A stretch of 64,000 nucleotides of DNA from Polyangiaceae bacterium (GTDB lineage: Bacteria; Myxococcota_A; Polyangia; Polyangiales; Polyangiaceae), in contig CBDCTZ010000016.1 in the NCBI GenBank assembly GCA_965222375.1, positions 2,016,001 through 2,080,000 of the forward strand, read 5' to 3'. A program made the position numbers and the translations under genes. The number at the start of each line of letters is the position of its first letter. Position 1 is the first letter of the stretch. Of this stretch, positions 29,425-39,789 are shown piece after piece. Under the pieces are notes generated by a model, which worked only from the letters and a program-made list of their open reading frames with translations, had not been told where the DNA came from and did not search any database.

Positions 29425-29708
29425 CAAGAAACAATGGTTGTGGCCTGAGCCAGGGCGGTCAAGCCGACGCCAAAACGCCGCCGTTTTGTCCCCGAACCCC
29501 GGTGGCGTTGTGAGGAGACGTTGCAGCGTCCCGCCGCCACCGGCTCGGCAGCGAGGGGAGAGGCAGCTGCGGCGCCTCCAAGGCCGGCGAAGAAGAAACA
29601 CGCCGCCCTCGACACCGCTGGCACGATCCTGGCTCTGGTCTCCGGCTGCCAACCCGATTTGGCCCATTTCGCCGCGCCACCCCCACGGAAGGCGCGTACT
29701 GGTTTCGT

Positions 29709-32037
29709 TTGTCCGGCAAGGGTCCCGAAAAATCTGCGCGTTCTGCCCGGGTCGGCTTCGCCACGTCCCTTCAGGGCCGGTTTGTTCTTCTGCTGATGTT
29801 GATGGGCCTCGTGTCCGTCGGCTCCTGGATTGTCACCGCCCAGGTCGACGCCGAACTCGATGGATTCGCCAAGCAGATCGACGTAGCAGGATCCCTAAGA
29901 TACCGGCTGCTCAGGCTCGCCGCCCAACGGGCGACGCGTTCGGCAGCGAACGACGCTGCAGCGGCGCGCCTGATCAGCGAGCAGCGCCGAGTCCTGGACG
30001 ATCTGTTGGAAGGCGACCCCGCGACCGGATTGCCTGCCTGCGGCTCGCCACTGATTTGCACGCGTCTTCGAGAGCACAAGAAGCGCCTCTCTCACCTCGC
30101 GGTTGCCGGCTGGAAGACCGACGCTGCTTCGGGGCTTCCAGCTCCCATCGTGGCAGAACTAGAGAGCTTGGATGCGACGGTGCATGAGATCGCCACGGAA
30201 GTGCAGACTCGCGTCGATCGTGTGGCGCTGACTTCTCGCTTGTCCGCCGTGTCCACACTGCTCCTCCTGGGGCTGAGTGGCTTCGGAGTCTGGACGGTGT
30301 TTCGCCGCATCGGCAGGGTCAGTGCGGCTGCTGGGCAAGCTTCCAGCTCAGAGCTTTCCCGCATCGCCCGGGGAACGGACGAGGTCGCGAACCTCGCGGA
30401 AGTCCTTGCTTCGACCCTTGGTGGACTTGAAGCAGCGGGGGCTCGCTGACCGTGAGCGCGCCGCCAACATGGAGAAGCTCCAAGCCGCCGCCAAAGTACT
30501 CGCTGAGAGCCTGGACGCGTGGCTTTCCACGGACGGCGGCCGACGGATGACCCTGGGTGAGCTCGTGGCAAGCCTAGGGATCAAGGGCGCCTGGGTGGAC
30601 CGTCGGGCGGATGCAGGCGGTTTCGAAGTCGTCGCCACCGAGAACATCGGATTCGAGGAATGGCGCCGCATCGCTGAAGCGCGCTACGGCAGGTCGGAGC
30701 GGCATGGAACGGGCCTGGCCTTCTCCGGTGGTGGCGAGCAGGGCCTCGCCGCGGTGTTGTCTCTCGGCTTTCAAGACGAACACATCGGTCACCTGGGGCT
30801 GTTGGCGGACGACATGGTCGAGCTCAGCTTGGAGCAAAACGCCGTGGTGGAAACCATGGCACAGAATCTGAGCGTCTCACTGCTTGCGCAGCGCCTGCTC
30901 AGTGAACGCCACCACCGCGAGTCTATTGCTGCGTCCCTGGCCGTGATCACGGACTTGGAGCACTCAGGTGCCGAGATCGGACGGCACCTGCGCCAGCTCG
31001 TTCCCCACGACGTGATGGAGATCGCGGTCCTGGGTCATACCGGTAAGGTGGATACGGTCTGGCGTGTCGATGCAAGTGGATCCGTTGCTCGACCCCCGCC
31101 GGTCTTCCTGGAAGTACCGCGAGAGCCCACCGAAGCGTCCTTGGATGCGGCCTTCCCGTTGCTTCAGGACACTCAGGCGCGCTGGGTACTGGTGGTGCCG
31201 CTTTCCGCAGGGGATCGCGTGGAAGGCGCGGTCGTGTTCGGGCGAGAAAGCGAGCGGTACTCTCCTCGCGAAATGTCCGCAGCTGTCGCCCTCGCACCCT
31301 TGCTCTCCACCGCGGTCGCCCGCATGCGCTTGGAAGAGCAACTCAAGCTGTCGGAACAGTTCTCGGCCCTCGGCGGATTCTCGCGCATGTTGGCTCATGA
31401 AGTGCGAAACCCACTTAACAGCATGTCCCTTCACGCCCAGCTGTTGGACAGAAAACTGCGCAAGCTGCCCCTGCACGCAGACCAGGAACTAGCCCTGAAG
31501 GATCATCTCGGTTTGCTGAAAGGGGACATGCAGCGACTCGAAGATGTCGTCAGCGACTTCGTGTCTCTGGCTGCGGGGGACGCCGCCCACAGCTCCGAGC
31601 CCCTGGATCTTCGAGGCTTGGTGCAAGAGGTCATGGACGTGCATGCGCCCAGCTTTGATGAACGCGAAATCCAGGTCCACGCCGAGTTGGGAGAAGACCC
31701 CGTGGTCGTGCGCGTGCATTCGGAGCGTATCCAGCAGATCCTGCACAACCTGATCAAGAACGCCATCGACGCCCTTGCTGACGCCAGGAATCGCTCCCTG
31801 CGTATCGCGATCCAAAGAAAGGACGCTAGCGTCGAGGTGCGCGTGCGCGACTCTGGCCCCGGCCTCGCGGACACCAACATCGTGTTTTCGCCGAACTACT
31901 CGACCAAAGCCGGCGGCGGAGGCATGGGCCTGGCAATCAGCCGACAAATCGCACGGCTCCACGCGGGATACCTCGGCGCGGAGAAGCCCGAGAGCGGTGG
32001 CGCAGAATTCGTTCTCTCGCTGCCGCTCGCAAGTTAG
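29709..32037 (+). pseudogene. Sensor histidine kinase (NarX/PilJ-like sensor, HAMP, GAF, HisKA, HATPase) with a +1 frameshift
   Basis: QIDVAGSLRYR P-box-like motif; AHEVRNPL, NLIKNA, DSGPG, GMGL; frames join if one G is removed from the G5 run at 30437-30441. Confidence 0.75.
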
Positions 32038-32071
32038 CCTATCCGTCCTGTCGCTGCGGCAGAGGGGCGCT

Positions 32072-34264
32072 ATGGCAAAAGGCAATCTCATCGCGGACAT
32101 CTGGGGAGGGTTGGCGGCGATGCTCGTCGCCTTTCCTTCTGCGATCGCCTTTGGGGTCGCGATCTATGCGCCCCTCGGTAGTGAGAGTGCTGCCGCCGGA
32201 GCGATGGCGGGCATGCTCGGGGCGGTCCTTCTGGGCGTGGTCAACCCATTGCTTGGTGGCACTCAACGCTTGATCTCGGCGCCCTGCGCTCCTGCCGCCG
32301 CAGTCATGGGCGCCTTGGCTGCGGAGCTGGCTCGGGACCGTGAGCCGACGGCGGTGTTGCTGATGATGACGGCTGTCGCGCTACTCTCGGGCTTGCTGCA
32401 AATCGCCTATGGCGCGCTCGGGGGTGGGAAAGTCATCAAGTACATCCCGTATCCGGCGGTGTCTGGTTTCTTGAGCGGCGTCGCCGTTCTGATCTTCGTG
32501 AAACAGCTACCCGGGCTTCTTGGAGTGACTCCAGCTCGTGGGCTCCTCGATGCTGTCAGCGCTCCTGAAAGCTGGCGCATGGAGTCGATTGTTGTAGGTC
32601 TCACGACCATAGCGGGCGTGTTCCTGGCACCGAAGATCACCAAGGCCGTCCCCGCCGCGATTCTTGGCATCGCCGCTGGAGTTGCGACGTACTTTGCTCT
32701 GTCCTTCAACGACCCAGCCATGCGCAGCTTGGCGGATAACTCCTTGGTGGTCGGTCGCGTCGACGTGTCCTTCGACTCACTGGTGACCGGAATGCGGGAA
32801 CGCGGCTCGGCCCTGCTCGGCTTCCGGGCGGCCGATGTGGGCTTTCTGATCGTGCCCGCGTTAACGCTCTCGGCGCTACTTTCGATCGATACGATGAAGA
32901 CGGGTGTCATCGTTGACGCCATGACCCGCAGCCGCTCGAACTCCAACAAAGAACTTCGCGCCCAAGGCATCGGCAACTTCGTGACGGCCATCTTTGGCGG
33001 CGTGCCGGGAGCGGGCACCATGGGCCCCACGCTGATCAACGTGACGAGCGGTGGCAAGACGCGCCTGTCTGGCGCCTTGGAGGGCGTGTTCTGTCTAGTG
33101 GCTCTGATCGCCCTGCGTGGGGTTGTCGCCTGGATCCCCATTGCTGCGCTGTCTGGGATTCTCATCGTCATCGCGATTCGCATGGTGGACACCAAGAGCT
33201 TCCAACTGCTGAAGAACCGCTCAACCCTGCTCGACTTCGGTGTGATCGCCACGGTCGTCGTCGTTGCAGTCAGCGTAGGGTTGATCCATGCGTCCGCGGT
33301 GGGTTTCGGGTTGGCGACGCTGCTGTTTGCCCGCGAGCACATGACGGCCGCGGTCGTGCGCCGCATGCTTGCTGGTGGCCAGCTATCATCGAAGCAACGT
33401 CGCGTGCCCGCGGAGCTTTCCGTGCTCAAAGAGCACGCGGATTGCACGATCGTGTGTGAGCTCCAGGGGAACCTGTTCTTCGGCACCACCGACCAACTGT
33501 TCACCGAGCTTGCGGAGGACCTCAAAACGAAGAAGTACGTGGTGCTCGATCTGCGCCGTGTGCACAGTGTCGACTTCACGGCGGCGCGTCTACTCGATCA
33601 GATGGACGTGCAGCTCGAGGACCACGGTGGGCGCCTAATCCTGTCTGGGATCCCCGCCAACCTACCTACCGGCCGGGACATTCGCGCCTATCTGGCCGAT
33701 CTGCAGATCGGCAAGGATAGCGGAGGCATCGAGATGTTCGACGATCTCGACGCCGCCCTCGAGTGGGTTGAAGATCACATTCTGGAGGCGAAGCTAGAAG
33801 AGAGGTACAAGAGCGCAGCGGCTCTCGACTTGAACGAGATCGACCTCTTCGAGGATCTAGAGCGTCACGGGCTGCTTTCCACCGTGGCCGAATGCATTGA
33901 AGCACACAGCTACAAGGCGGGCGACGTGATCTGCGCGCAGGGTGACGAGGGAGACTCGTTCTTCGTGATTCGACGGGGCACTGTGCGCATCCTGCTGCAT
34001 CTCAACGGCGACCGTACGATGCACGTCGCGTCATTTGGTCGTAACAACTTCTTTGGCGAGATGTCGTTTCTCGATCACCAGGCTCGCTCCGCGGATGCTA
34101 TCGCGCTCACCGACGTGGAACTGTATTGCCTCTCGCGCAAACGCTTCGACGCGCTCTCACGGCAGCAGCCCATAGTAGGTGTCAAGGTGTTCGCGCGGCT
34201 TGCCCGTTCGCTGGCTCTACGCTTGCGCAACACGGACGCGGAAGTCAGCGCGCTCCAAGAGTGA
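32072..34264 (+). CDS. SulP/SLC26 anion transporter with STAS and cNMP-binding domains
   Basis: DIWGGLAA..PSAIAFG, GNLFFG/DFTA (STAS), FFGEMSF..RSA (cNMP). Confidence 0.9.
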   Translation: MAKGNLIADIWGGLAAMLVAFPSAIAFGVAIYAPLGSESAAAGAMAGMLGAVLLGVVNPLLGGTQRLISAPCAPAAAVMGALAAELARDREPTAVLLMMTAVALLSGLLQIAYGALGGGKVIKYIPYPAVSGFLSGVAVLIFVKQLPGLLGVTPARGLLDAVSAPESWRMESIVVGLTTIAGVFLAPKITKAVPAAILGIAAGVATYFALSFNDPAMRSLADNSLVVGRVDVSFDSLVTGMRERGSALLGFRAADVGFLIVPALTLSALLSIDTMKTGVIVDAMTRSRSNSNKELRAQGIGNFVTAIFGGVPGAGTMGPTLINVTSGGKTRLSGALEGVFCLVALIALRGVVAWIPIAALSGILIVIAIRMVDTKSFQLLKNRSTLLDFGVIATVVVVAVSVGLIHASAVGFGLATLLFAREHMTAAVVRRMLAGGQLSSKQRRVPAELSVLKEHADCTIVCELQGNLFFGTTDQLFTELAEDLKTKKYVVLDLRRVHSVDFTAARLLDQMDVQLEDHGGRLILSGIPANLPTGRDIRAYLADLQIGKDSGGIEMFDDLDAALEWVEDHILEAKLEERYKSAAALDLNEIDLFEDLERHGLLSTVAECIEAHSYKAGDVICAQGDEGDSFFVIRRGTVRILLHLNGDRTMHVASFGRNNFFGEMSFLDHQARSADAIALTDVELYCLSRKRFDALSRQQPIVGVKVFARLARSLALRLRNTDAEVSALQE

Positions 34265-34726
34265 TGCAGCGTCAATGCACTCGGCGTGCGGCCGCACGAG
34301 ATTAGTGCCGCAATGTCGCACCATCGCCACGACCCCAAAACCAGGACGGAGTCGAGAGGGACTTTCAGACGTTTCAGGGCGCTGGTACTGTCGGTTAACA
34401 GCCAAGCCACCCAATTCTTGGTCGCATCGTTGATCTTCGGCGAGCCTGATGGAGTCAGAGCGTCTCTAGGTACGCGACCAACGCTCGGCGGTCTTCACTG
34501 GCCGGCGTTCCTGGAGCGTGCTGAGGAGCAGCGCGGTCTGCCTCGCTTCGTAACGGCCGAGTTTGAGGAGTACCTGCGCTGCGGTTTGCTCGAGCATGGG
34601 TGTCTGCGCCTTGCCTGTCGCGACGGCGGCTATTCCGAGTTGGTGGCCTTCAGCTGCAACCGACGTGGCTTCTGTCCATCTTGCCTCGGACGCCGGATGA
34701 AGGACGCTTCATGATGCATCACCTCG

Positions 34727-36811
34727 CTATGTCTTTGGAATTGTTAGGTTGAGTTGGTTCGGTGCAGGTCCAGTGTTCTTGCCTTGTCGGTATGCACGTG
34801 CTCGGGTGGTGATGCGCTCGGCTGCGTCCGAGCCCACGACATCGCTGCGAGCGAAGATCCAGGGTCCATTCGGTAGCGGATGCTGCGAGGGAATTTCGTT
34901 TCGCTGCGCTGCGCGTCGTAGCGTCTTCGGATCGACCTGAACAAGAGCTGCAGCTTCTTCGCAGGTCAGCCATTCGCCCCGATCACGCTGCTTCGAGCAC
35001 GGTTCGATCTTGTATCGATGGCGTACAGACGCGACCAGCGCCCGGCTGTAGTGGCCTCCCGTGGGCGTGCGCACACCAGCGCGCCCAAGCCATCGGGCGA
35101 TCTGCATGTCGCCCATGACGCGCGCGAGCACGCGCACGGCTTCGACGACTTCGGCAGCTGTGGTGTTGCGACGTTGGCCAGTGCGACGCTTGGGGACACG
35201 TAACTCGGTGTGCACCCCTCCCTTCCAGTGCACGACGAGGAGGATCTCGGAGCGCTCGGTGTCCACGTCAACCCAAACCTGCTCCACCACAGCGCGCGTG
35301 ATGCGCTTCTTCGTGGATGGCTTGGTCGTAGGCGCTGTCCACACGCGTTCCACGTCGCGTGCGAGCTCGAGATATCGCCCGATGTCGGGTGGGCGCGAGA
35401 CCTCTGCCCGCGTTGCCGTGGCCTCGCCGATGCGCTGCTCGACTGTGCGTACGGCTTCGAGGGCAGTATTCCATCGGCGCTCGAGTTCGACGGCCACGGT
35501 GCGGTTTTCAGGCTCGACAGCATCGTATTGACGTTCAGCGCGTTGAGCCTCGTAGCGCGCCTGTTGCAGCTGCAGTTCCAGCGCAGCCACGGCATCATCA
35601 CGTTCCGCCACGTCCTGGTCCCATGCAACGTGGGCAGCTTCGATCGCACCCGGCCGCACGACAGCGAGCACCCGCTCGACGATCTGCGCGTCCACGTCGG
35701 TTGCGCTGAACGAGATGCATCGCGGTCCACCGGAGCGGTCGTGGTCATCGTTGCATGTGTAGCGAGCAATACCTTGCTTTGTCCCGCTATAACTCACGCC
35801 CAGGCGGCGGCCGCAACGGCGACACCAAACGAGGCCGCCCAGGAGTGCAGCGCCACCCTTGGGTGCTCCTGCTGCTCCTCGCCTCTGTTCGTTCTTTGAC
35901 AACATTTGTGACGCACGCTCGAACTGCTCCCAGCTGATATATGCCTCGTGACGGTCCCGAAGCAACACCGACCACTGGTCTCGAGGCACTCGCGTAGCGG
36001 CACGTCGGGGCTGTCCGTCCACGATACGGGTGTGGACTTTGGTCCGTCCGTACACGTAGGCGCCCGCATAAATCGGATTCTTCAGTGTCCGATAGACGAA
36101 GTCGGCCGTCGGCTTCTTCCAGACAACCTCGCCACGCCGATTGCGGTTCACGGGTGTCTGAATGCCGCTCTCGCGCATCCATATCACCACCTGTCGCGCA
36201 CTACCCAGTTCGAAGAACTTGGAGAAGACTAGCTCGATGGCCTGCCGGATACGTGCGTCCGGCGCCTTCTCGAGGCGTCCATCACCTCCCACTCGGTAAC
36301 CCACCGGAACGCCCGCAACCAATTCCCCGCGCTGCGCTTTCTGCCTTTGTGCCTCCAATCCACGCATGCGTAGCAGGTCGAGCTCGTACTCGTTGAGGCT
36401 GCCCTTGAGCCCCAAGAGCAAACGGTCGTTGCTATGTCGCGGCGCATACACCGTGTCGTGATCCACCAGCAGCGTGTCGACCACGCGACAGATCTCGATG
36501 AGTTGCTGCCACTCCCGACTGTTGCGCGCGAAACGCGAAACTTCCCGGGCGGCCACGGCACCCACCTGACCAAGGGAAACGTCAGCGACCAGCCGGCGGA
36601 AACCTCTGCGCTCGACGGACCCAGCTGCCGATTTGCCCAGGTCCTCATCGATCACGTCGACCTCGCGAAACCCCAACTCGCGCAATCGGTCACGCATCGC
36701 GTATTGCTGCCGCTGGCTTTCGCGGTTGTTCATCAGCTGTTGCTGGGACGACTGGCGTACGTACAGGATCGCGCGTCGCGCCACGTGGTGTTCGCCGATC
36801 TTCTCATTCAT
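34727..36811 (-). CDS. Large serine recombinase (resolvase, recombinase, Zn-ribbon, C-terminal HTH)
   Basis: AILYVRQSS catalytic Ser, EVSRFARN, NPIYAG, CRRCGRRL, WLTCEEAAALVQV. Confidence 0.95.
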   Translation of the reverse strand: MNEKIGEHHVARRAILYVRQSSQQQLMNNRESQRQQYAMRDRLRELGFREVDVIDEDLGKSAAGSVERRGFRRLVADVSLGQVGAVAAREVSRFARNSREWQQLIEICRVVDTLLVDHDTVYAPRHSNDRLLLGLKGSLNEYELDLLRMRGLEAQRQKAQRGELVAGVPVGYRVGGDGRLEKAPDARIRQAIELVFSKFFELGSARQVVIWMRESGIQTPVNRNRRGEVVWKKPTADFVYRTLKNPIYAGAYVYGRTKVHTRIVDGQPRRAATRVPRDQWSVLLRDRHEAYISWEQFERASQMLSKNEQRRGAAGAPKGGAALLGGLVWCRRCGRRLGVSYSGTKQGIARYTCNDDHDRSGGPRCISFSATDVDAQIVERVLAVVRPGAIEAAHVAWDQDVAERDDAVAALELQLQQARYEAQRAERQYDAVEPENRTVAVELERRWNTALEAVRTVEQRIGEATATRAEVSRPPDIGRYLELARDVERVWTAPTTKPSTKKRITRAVVEQVWVDVDTERSEILLVVHWKGGVHTELRVPKRRTGQRRNTTAAEVVEAVRVLARVMGDMQIARWLGRAGVRTPTGGHYSRALVASVRHRYKIEPCSKQRDRGEWLTCEEAAALVQVDPKTLRRAAQRNEIPSQHPLPNGPWIFARSDVVGSDAAERITTRARAYRQGKNTGPAPNQLNLTIPKT

Positions 36812-36986
36812 GATGACCTCCCTTTCGTCTTCCGAGTTGTCGTCGGCTGTGTTGTCGGAGCGCTTCGGCGAGCAGCGTGATGACCTCCTTGCGCGACGCT
36901 TCGGGAAGTGCCTTCCACCTCGGAAGCGGCGGGCCGGGTTGTGGCAGAACCATTTGAACCCCGCGTCTTCGTCTGCGCTTCTTCAT
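36804..36986 (-). CDS. 60-aa accessory ORF upstream of the LSR
   Basis: WKALPEASRKEVITLLAEAL; overlaps the LSR start; same in copy 2. Confidence 0.5.
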   Translation of the reverse strand: MKKRRRRRGVQMVLPQPGPPLPRWKALPEASRKEVITLLAEALRQHSRRQLGRRKGGHHE

Positions 36987-37295
36987 GCGCCGTCAGTGCC
37001 CCCGACTCGTGCCCCATGTCCAGCGCTCGGGACTCCTCCAGCAGGCAGCGGAGCTCTTCGAGCGCGCTCATCGACACGCGCGGTTCAGCTTCGACCCGCA
37101 TCCCCGCGCAGGACACCGGGTCCAGCATCCACGCAGGGATGCTCACGAGTCGGTCCGGCGCGCCCGGGCCTACCAAACAGCGGAGCATGCCGAAAGCGCC
37201 ACGACAAACCACCGCGACGGCCTGACCATGCAACGGGTGCCACGCGTAAACGACGGTACGCACATCGGTCTTGTGCGCATCATGTTGTATTGCTG
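36808..37295 (-). CDS. Accessory ORF (DUF5372/Y4bD-like) lacking an RBS-ATG start in the integrated state
   Basis: YAWHPLHGQ..IPAWMLD..SMSALEELRCLL. Confidence 0.55.
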
Positions 37296-39297
37296 ATGGC
37301 TGACACGGCTGTGCATCTGGAAGCGCGCGTACTGCCCCGCGTTCCCATCCGTCACTGGATCTGCTCACTGCCCTGGGGACTGCGAGCGCTACTCGGCTAT
37401 GATCGCAAGCTCTGCTCCGAGGTGGTCAGCGCGCTCATGACCGAGGTGCGTCGCTCACTCCGTTCGCGCGCCAAACGACAGTTTGGGCTCGCCAGCGTAC
37501 GCAACCTGCTAACCGGTGCGCTGGTCGCGGTACAGCGCACGGACAGTGCCCTCCGACTAAACGTACACACCCACGCTCTGGTGCTCGATGGCGTGTACGC
37601 GCACCAGGGCGACGACCCTCGCGAGACCGAAGGGAACCCCGGGGCTCCGCTCGAGTTCCTCGGGCTCGACGCGCCGACCCACGCCGACATTGCCGAGGTC
37701 GCGTCACGCATCGAGAAGATCCTGAAAACGTGCGTTCCATGCGACGAAAGGCCATCTCATCGGTCAATGTCGTCGGGGAACCAGAGGCATCGACGACACC
37801 AAATACCTCGAACCCTTCTTCAACCGCGCTGATAGCTGGTGGGGCGAGGCGCGTAGGACAATCGAACTGTGAAAACGCGGGTGGGGAGGGCCGAGGCGGG
37901 TGGCAAAGAGCGGCGACGATAGCACCGGGAGCGGAACGGCTGGGTGGTTTGCAGGCGAAGGGGGGTCTTTTGCTGAGATGTCGGCGAGCCCAAGACGCAG
38001 CTCCGCCGAAGCGGCCTGCGTGTGGCGCTCAACCCCGTCTGGCCGGGAACTGGAGCACCAGTTGCTCGGGCACGGGCAGCTGGGCCCGAGGGCTCGGAGG
38101 AGCTCGCGGGCCAAGACCGTGCTCAGCGAGCAGCCGCGTGATGTCGACGCGGGTGGTCGCGATGTCAGCCCAGCGCAGCGGTCCGTTACAGCGTGGGCAG
38201 TGCTCCAGGTCCGCCCTGAAGACGTGCGCGAGGAGCCAAGCCCAGCGCTTGCGTGATGGTGGAGCGTCGTCCAACTCGTCAAGCAACTCTAACTGATCGC
38301 CGGGAGCGGGAGGAGGCTTGTCTGCGGCGTGGTCGGCGTGGTCGGCGGCCGGATTGGGGACGACTCGTTCCCGGTGCGACGAATGACTAGAGAGCACGCC
38401 GAAGTAGCGCAACATGTGGAAGCGCGGGGGCGGTACTGCCGAGACCATACGTGCAATCAGGTCGTGGGGCTCGAGAACGAGCGCGCGCGTGCCGTCCCGC
38501 CACGGCTTGTTGAAGCTGAGCTCGAGCTTGCCGTCTGTGCGTCGCTCGAGGCGGTCCTGGGCGACAGGCGGTCGCGTGATGTACTTGCAAAGTCGCTCGA
38601 CGCGGCGGCGGTCCCGCCCGTCCACGAGCTGCGCGGCGTAGATGTTGATGCCGCGCACTTCGGCGATGGGCTGGTCGGTGATGTCGGAGGCGCGAGGGCG
38701 CGCGGGGGGCTCTTGGGGGAGCAGCAATCGCAGCAGAGGCTTGCCGGCGCGCTGCCCGCTGAGGGAAATACCTTGCGCAGCAGCGGCATAGCAGCCTGCA
38801 AGAGCAGGCTCATCCAGGCAGAGCAGCGGCGGCTCGGCGTCGCCGAACTCAGGGTCGAGGCTGCGGCCGTGGGCGTGCAGGATGCGCTCGACGCGTACGG
38901 CCGTGCGTGCGGCAACCTCCGCGATGTCCGCGTGGGTTGGCGCGTCAAGCTCAAGGAACTCGAGTGGAGCGTGAGGGTCGTCTCCTTGGTGCCAGTGCAC
39001 GCCGTCGAGCACGAGTGCGTGAAAATGCACGTTTAGTCGGAGAGCACTGTCCGTGCGCTGCACCGCGACCAGCGCACCGGTCAGCAGGTTGCGCACACTG
39101 GCGAACCCGAACTGTCGTTTGGCGCGCCAACGGAGCGAGCGACGCACCTCGGTCATGAGTGCACTGACCACCTCGGAGCAGAGCTTGCGGTCATACCCCA
39201 GCAGCGCTCGCAGTCCCCAGGGCAATGAGCAGATCCAGTGACGGATGGGCACGCTTGGCAGCACCCGCGTTTCGAGATGCACAGCAGTATCGGCCAT

Positions 39298-39785
39298 CAG
39301 CAATACAACATGATGCGCACAAGACCGGTGTGCGTACCGTCGTTTACGCGTGGCACCCGTTGCATGGTCAGGCCGTCGCGGTGGTTTGTCGTGGCGCTTT
39401 CGGCATGCTCCGCTGTTTGGTAGGCCCGGGCGCGCCGGACCGACTCGTGAGCATCCCTGCGTGGATGCTGGACCCGGTGTCCTGCGCGGGGATGCGGGTC
39501 GAAGCTGAACCGCGCGTGTCGATGAGCGCGCTCGAAGAGCTCCGCTGCCTGCTGGAGGAGTCCCGAGCGCTGGACATGGGGCACGAGTCGGGGGCACTGA
39601 CGGCGCATGAAGAAGCGCAGACGAAGACGCGGGGTTCAAATGGTTCTGCCACAACCCGGCCCGCCGCTTCCGAGGTGGAAGGCACTTCCCGAAGCGTCGC
39701 GCAAGGAGGTCATCACGCTGCTCGCCGAAGCGCTCCGACAACACAGCCGACGACAACTCGGAAGACGAAAGGGAGGTCATCATGA
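39298..39785 (+). CDS. Accessory ORF (DUF5372/Y4bD-like), start predicted to be supplied on circularisation
   Basis: Same as copy 1; its TGA overlaps the LSR ATG (ATGA). Confidence 0.55.
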
Positions 39786-39789
39786 ATGA
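39607..39789 (+). CDS. 60-aa accessory ORF
   Basis: Identical to copy 1. Confidence 0.5.
   Translation: MKKRRRRRGVQMVLPQPGPPLPRWKALPEASRKEVITLLAEALRQHSRRQLGRRKGGHHE

Larger units (their letters stand above)
34697..37298 (-). mobile_element. LSR element copy 1 (2602 bp including both ATG cores)
   Basis: Near-identical to copies 2 and 3; ATG at 34697-34699 and 37296-37298; CATGATGC at 34710-34717 and GCATCATG at 37277-37284. Confidence 0.92.
34495..37730 (+). pseudogene. Degenerate IS91/ISCR-like transposase copy 1, truncated at both ends and interrupted by the LSR element
   Basis: HWPAFLE..YLRCG..FCPSCLGRRM | ADTAVHLE..LNVHTHALVLDGV; altered zinc-finger (RDGG) and HUH (HTH) residues. Confidence 0.85.

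Noticed and set aside
34697..37298. Prophage or ICE
   Set aside because: The element is only 2.6 kb, with no phage, replication or conjugation genes.
36633..37832. 399-aa ORF (and 643-aa ORF 38029-39960) as complete transposases
   Set aside because: Chimeric: their N-termini are antisense read-through of the LSR element; transposase sequence starts only at the ATG core.
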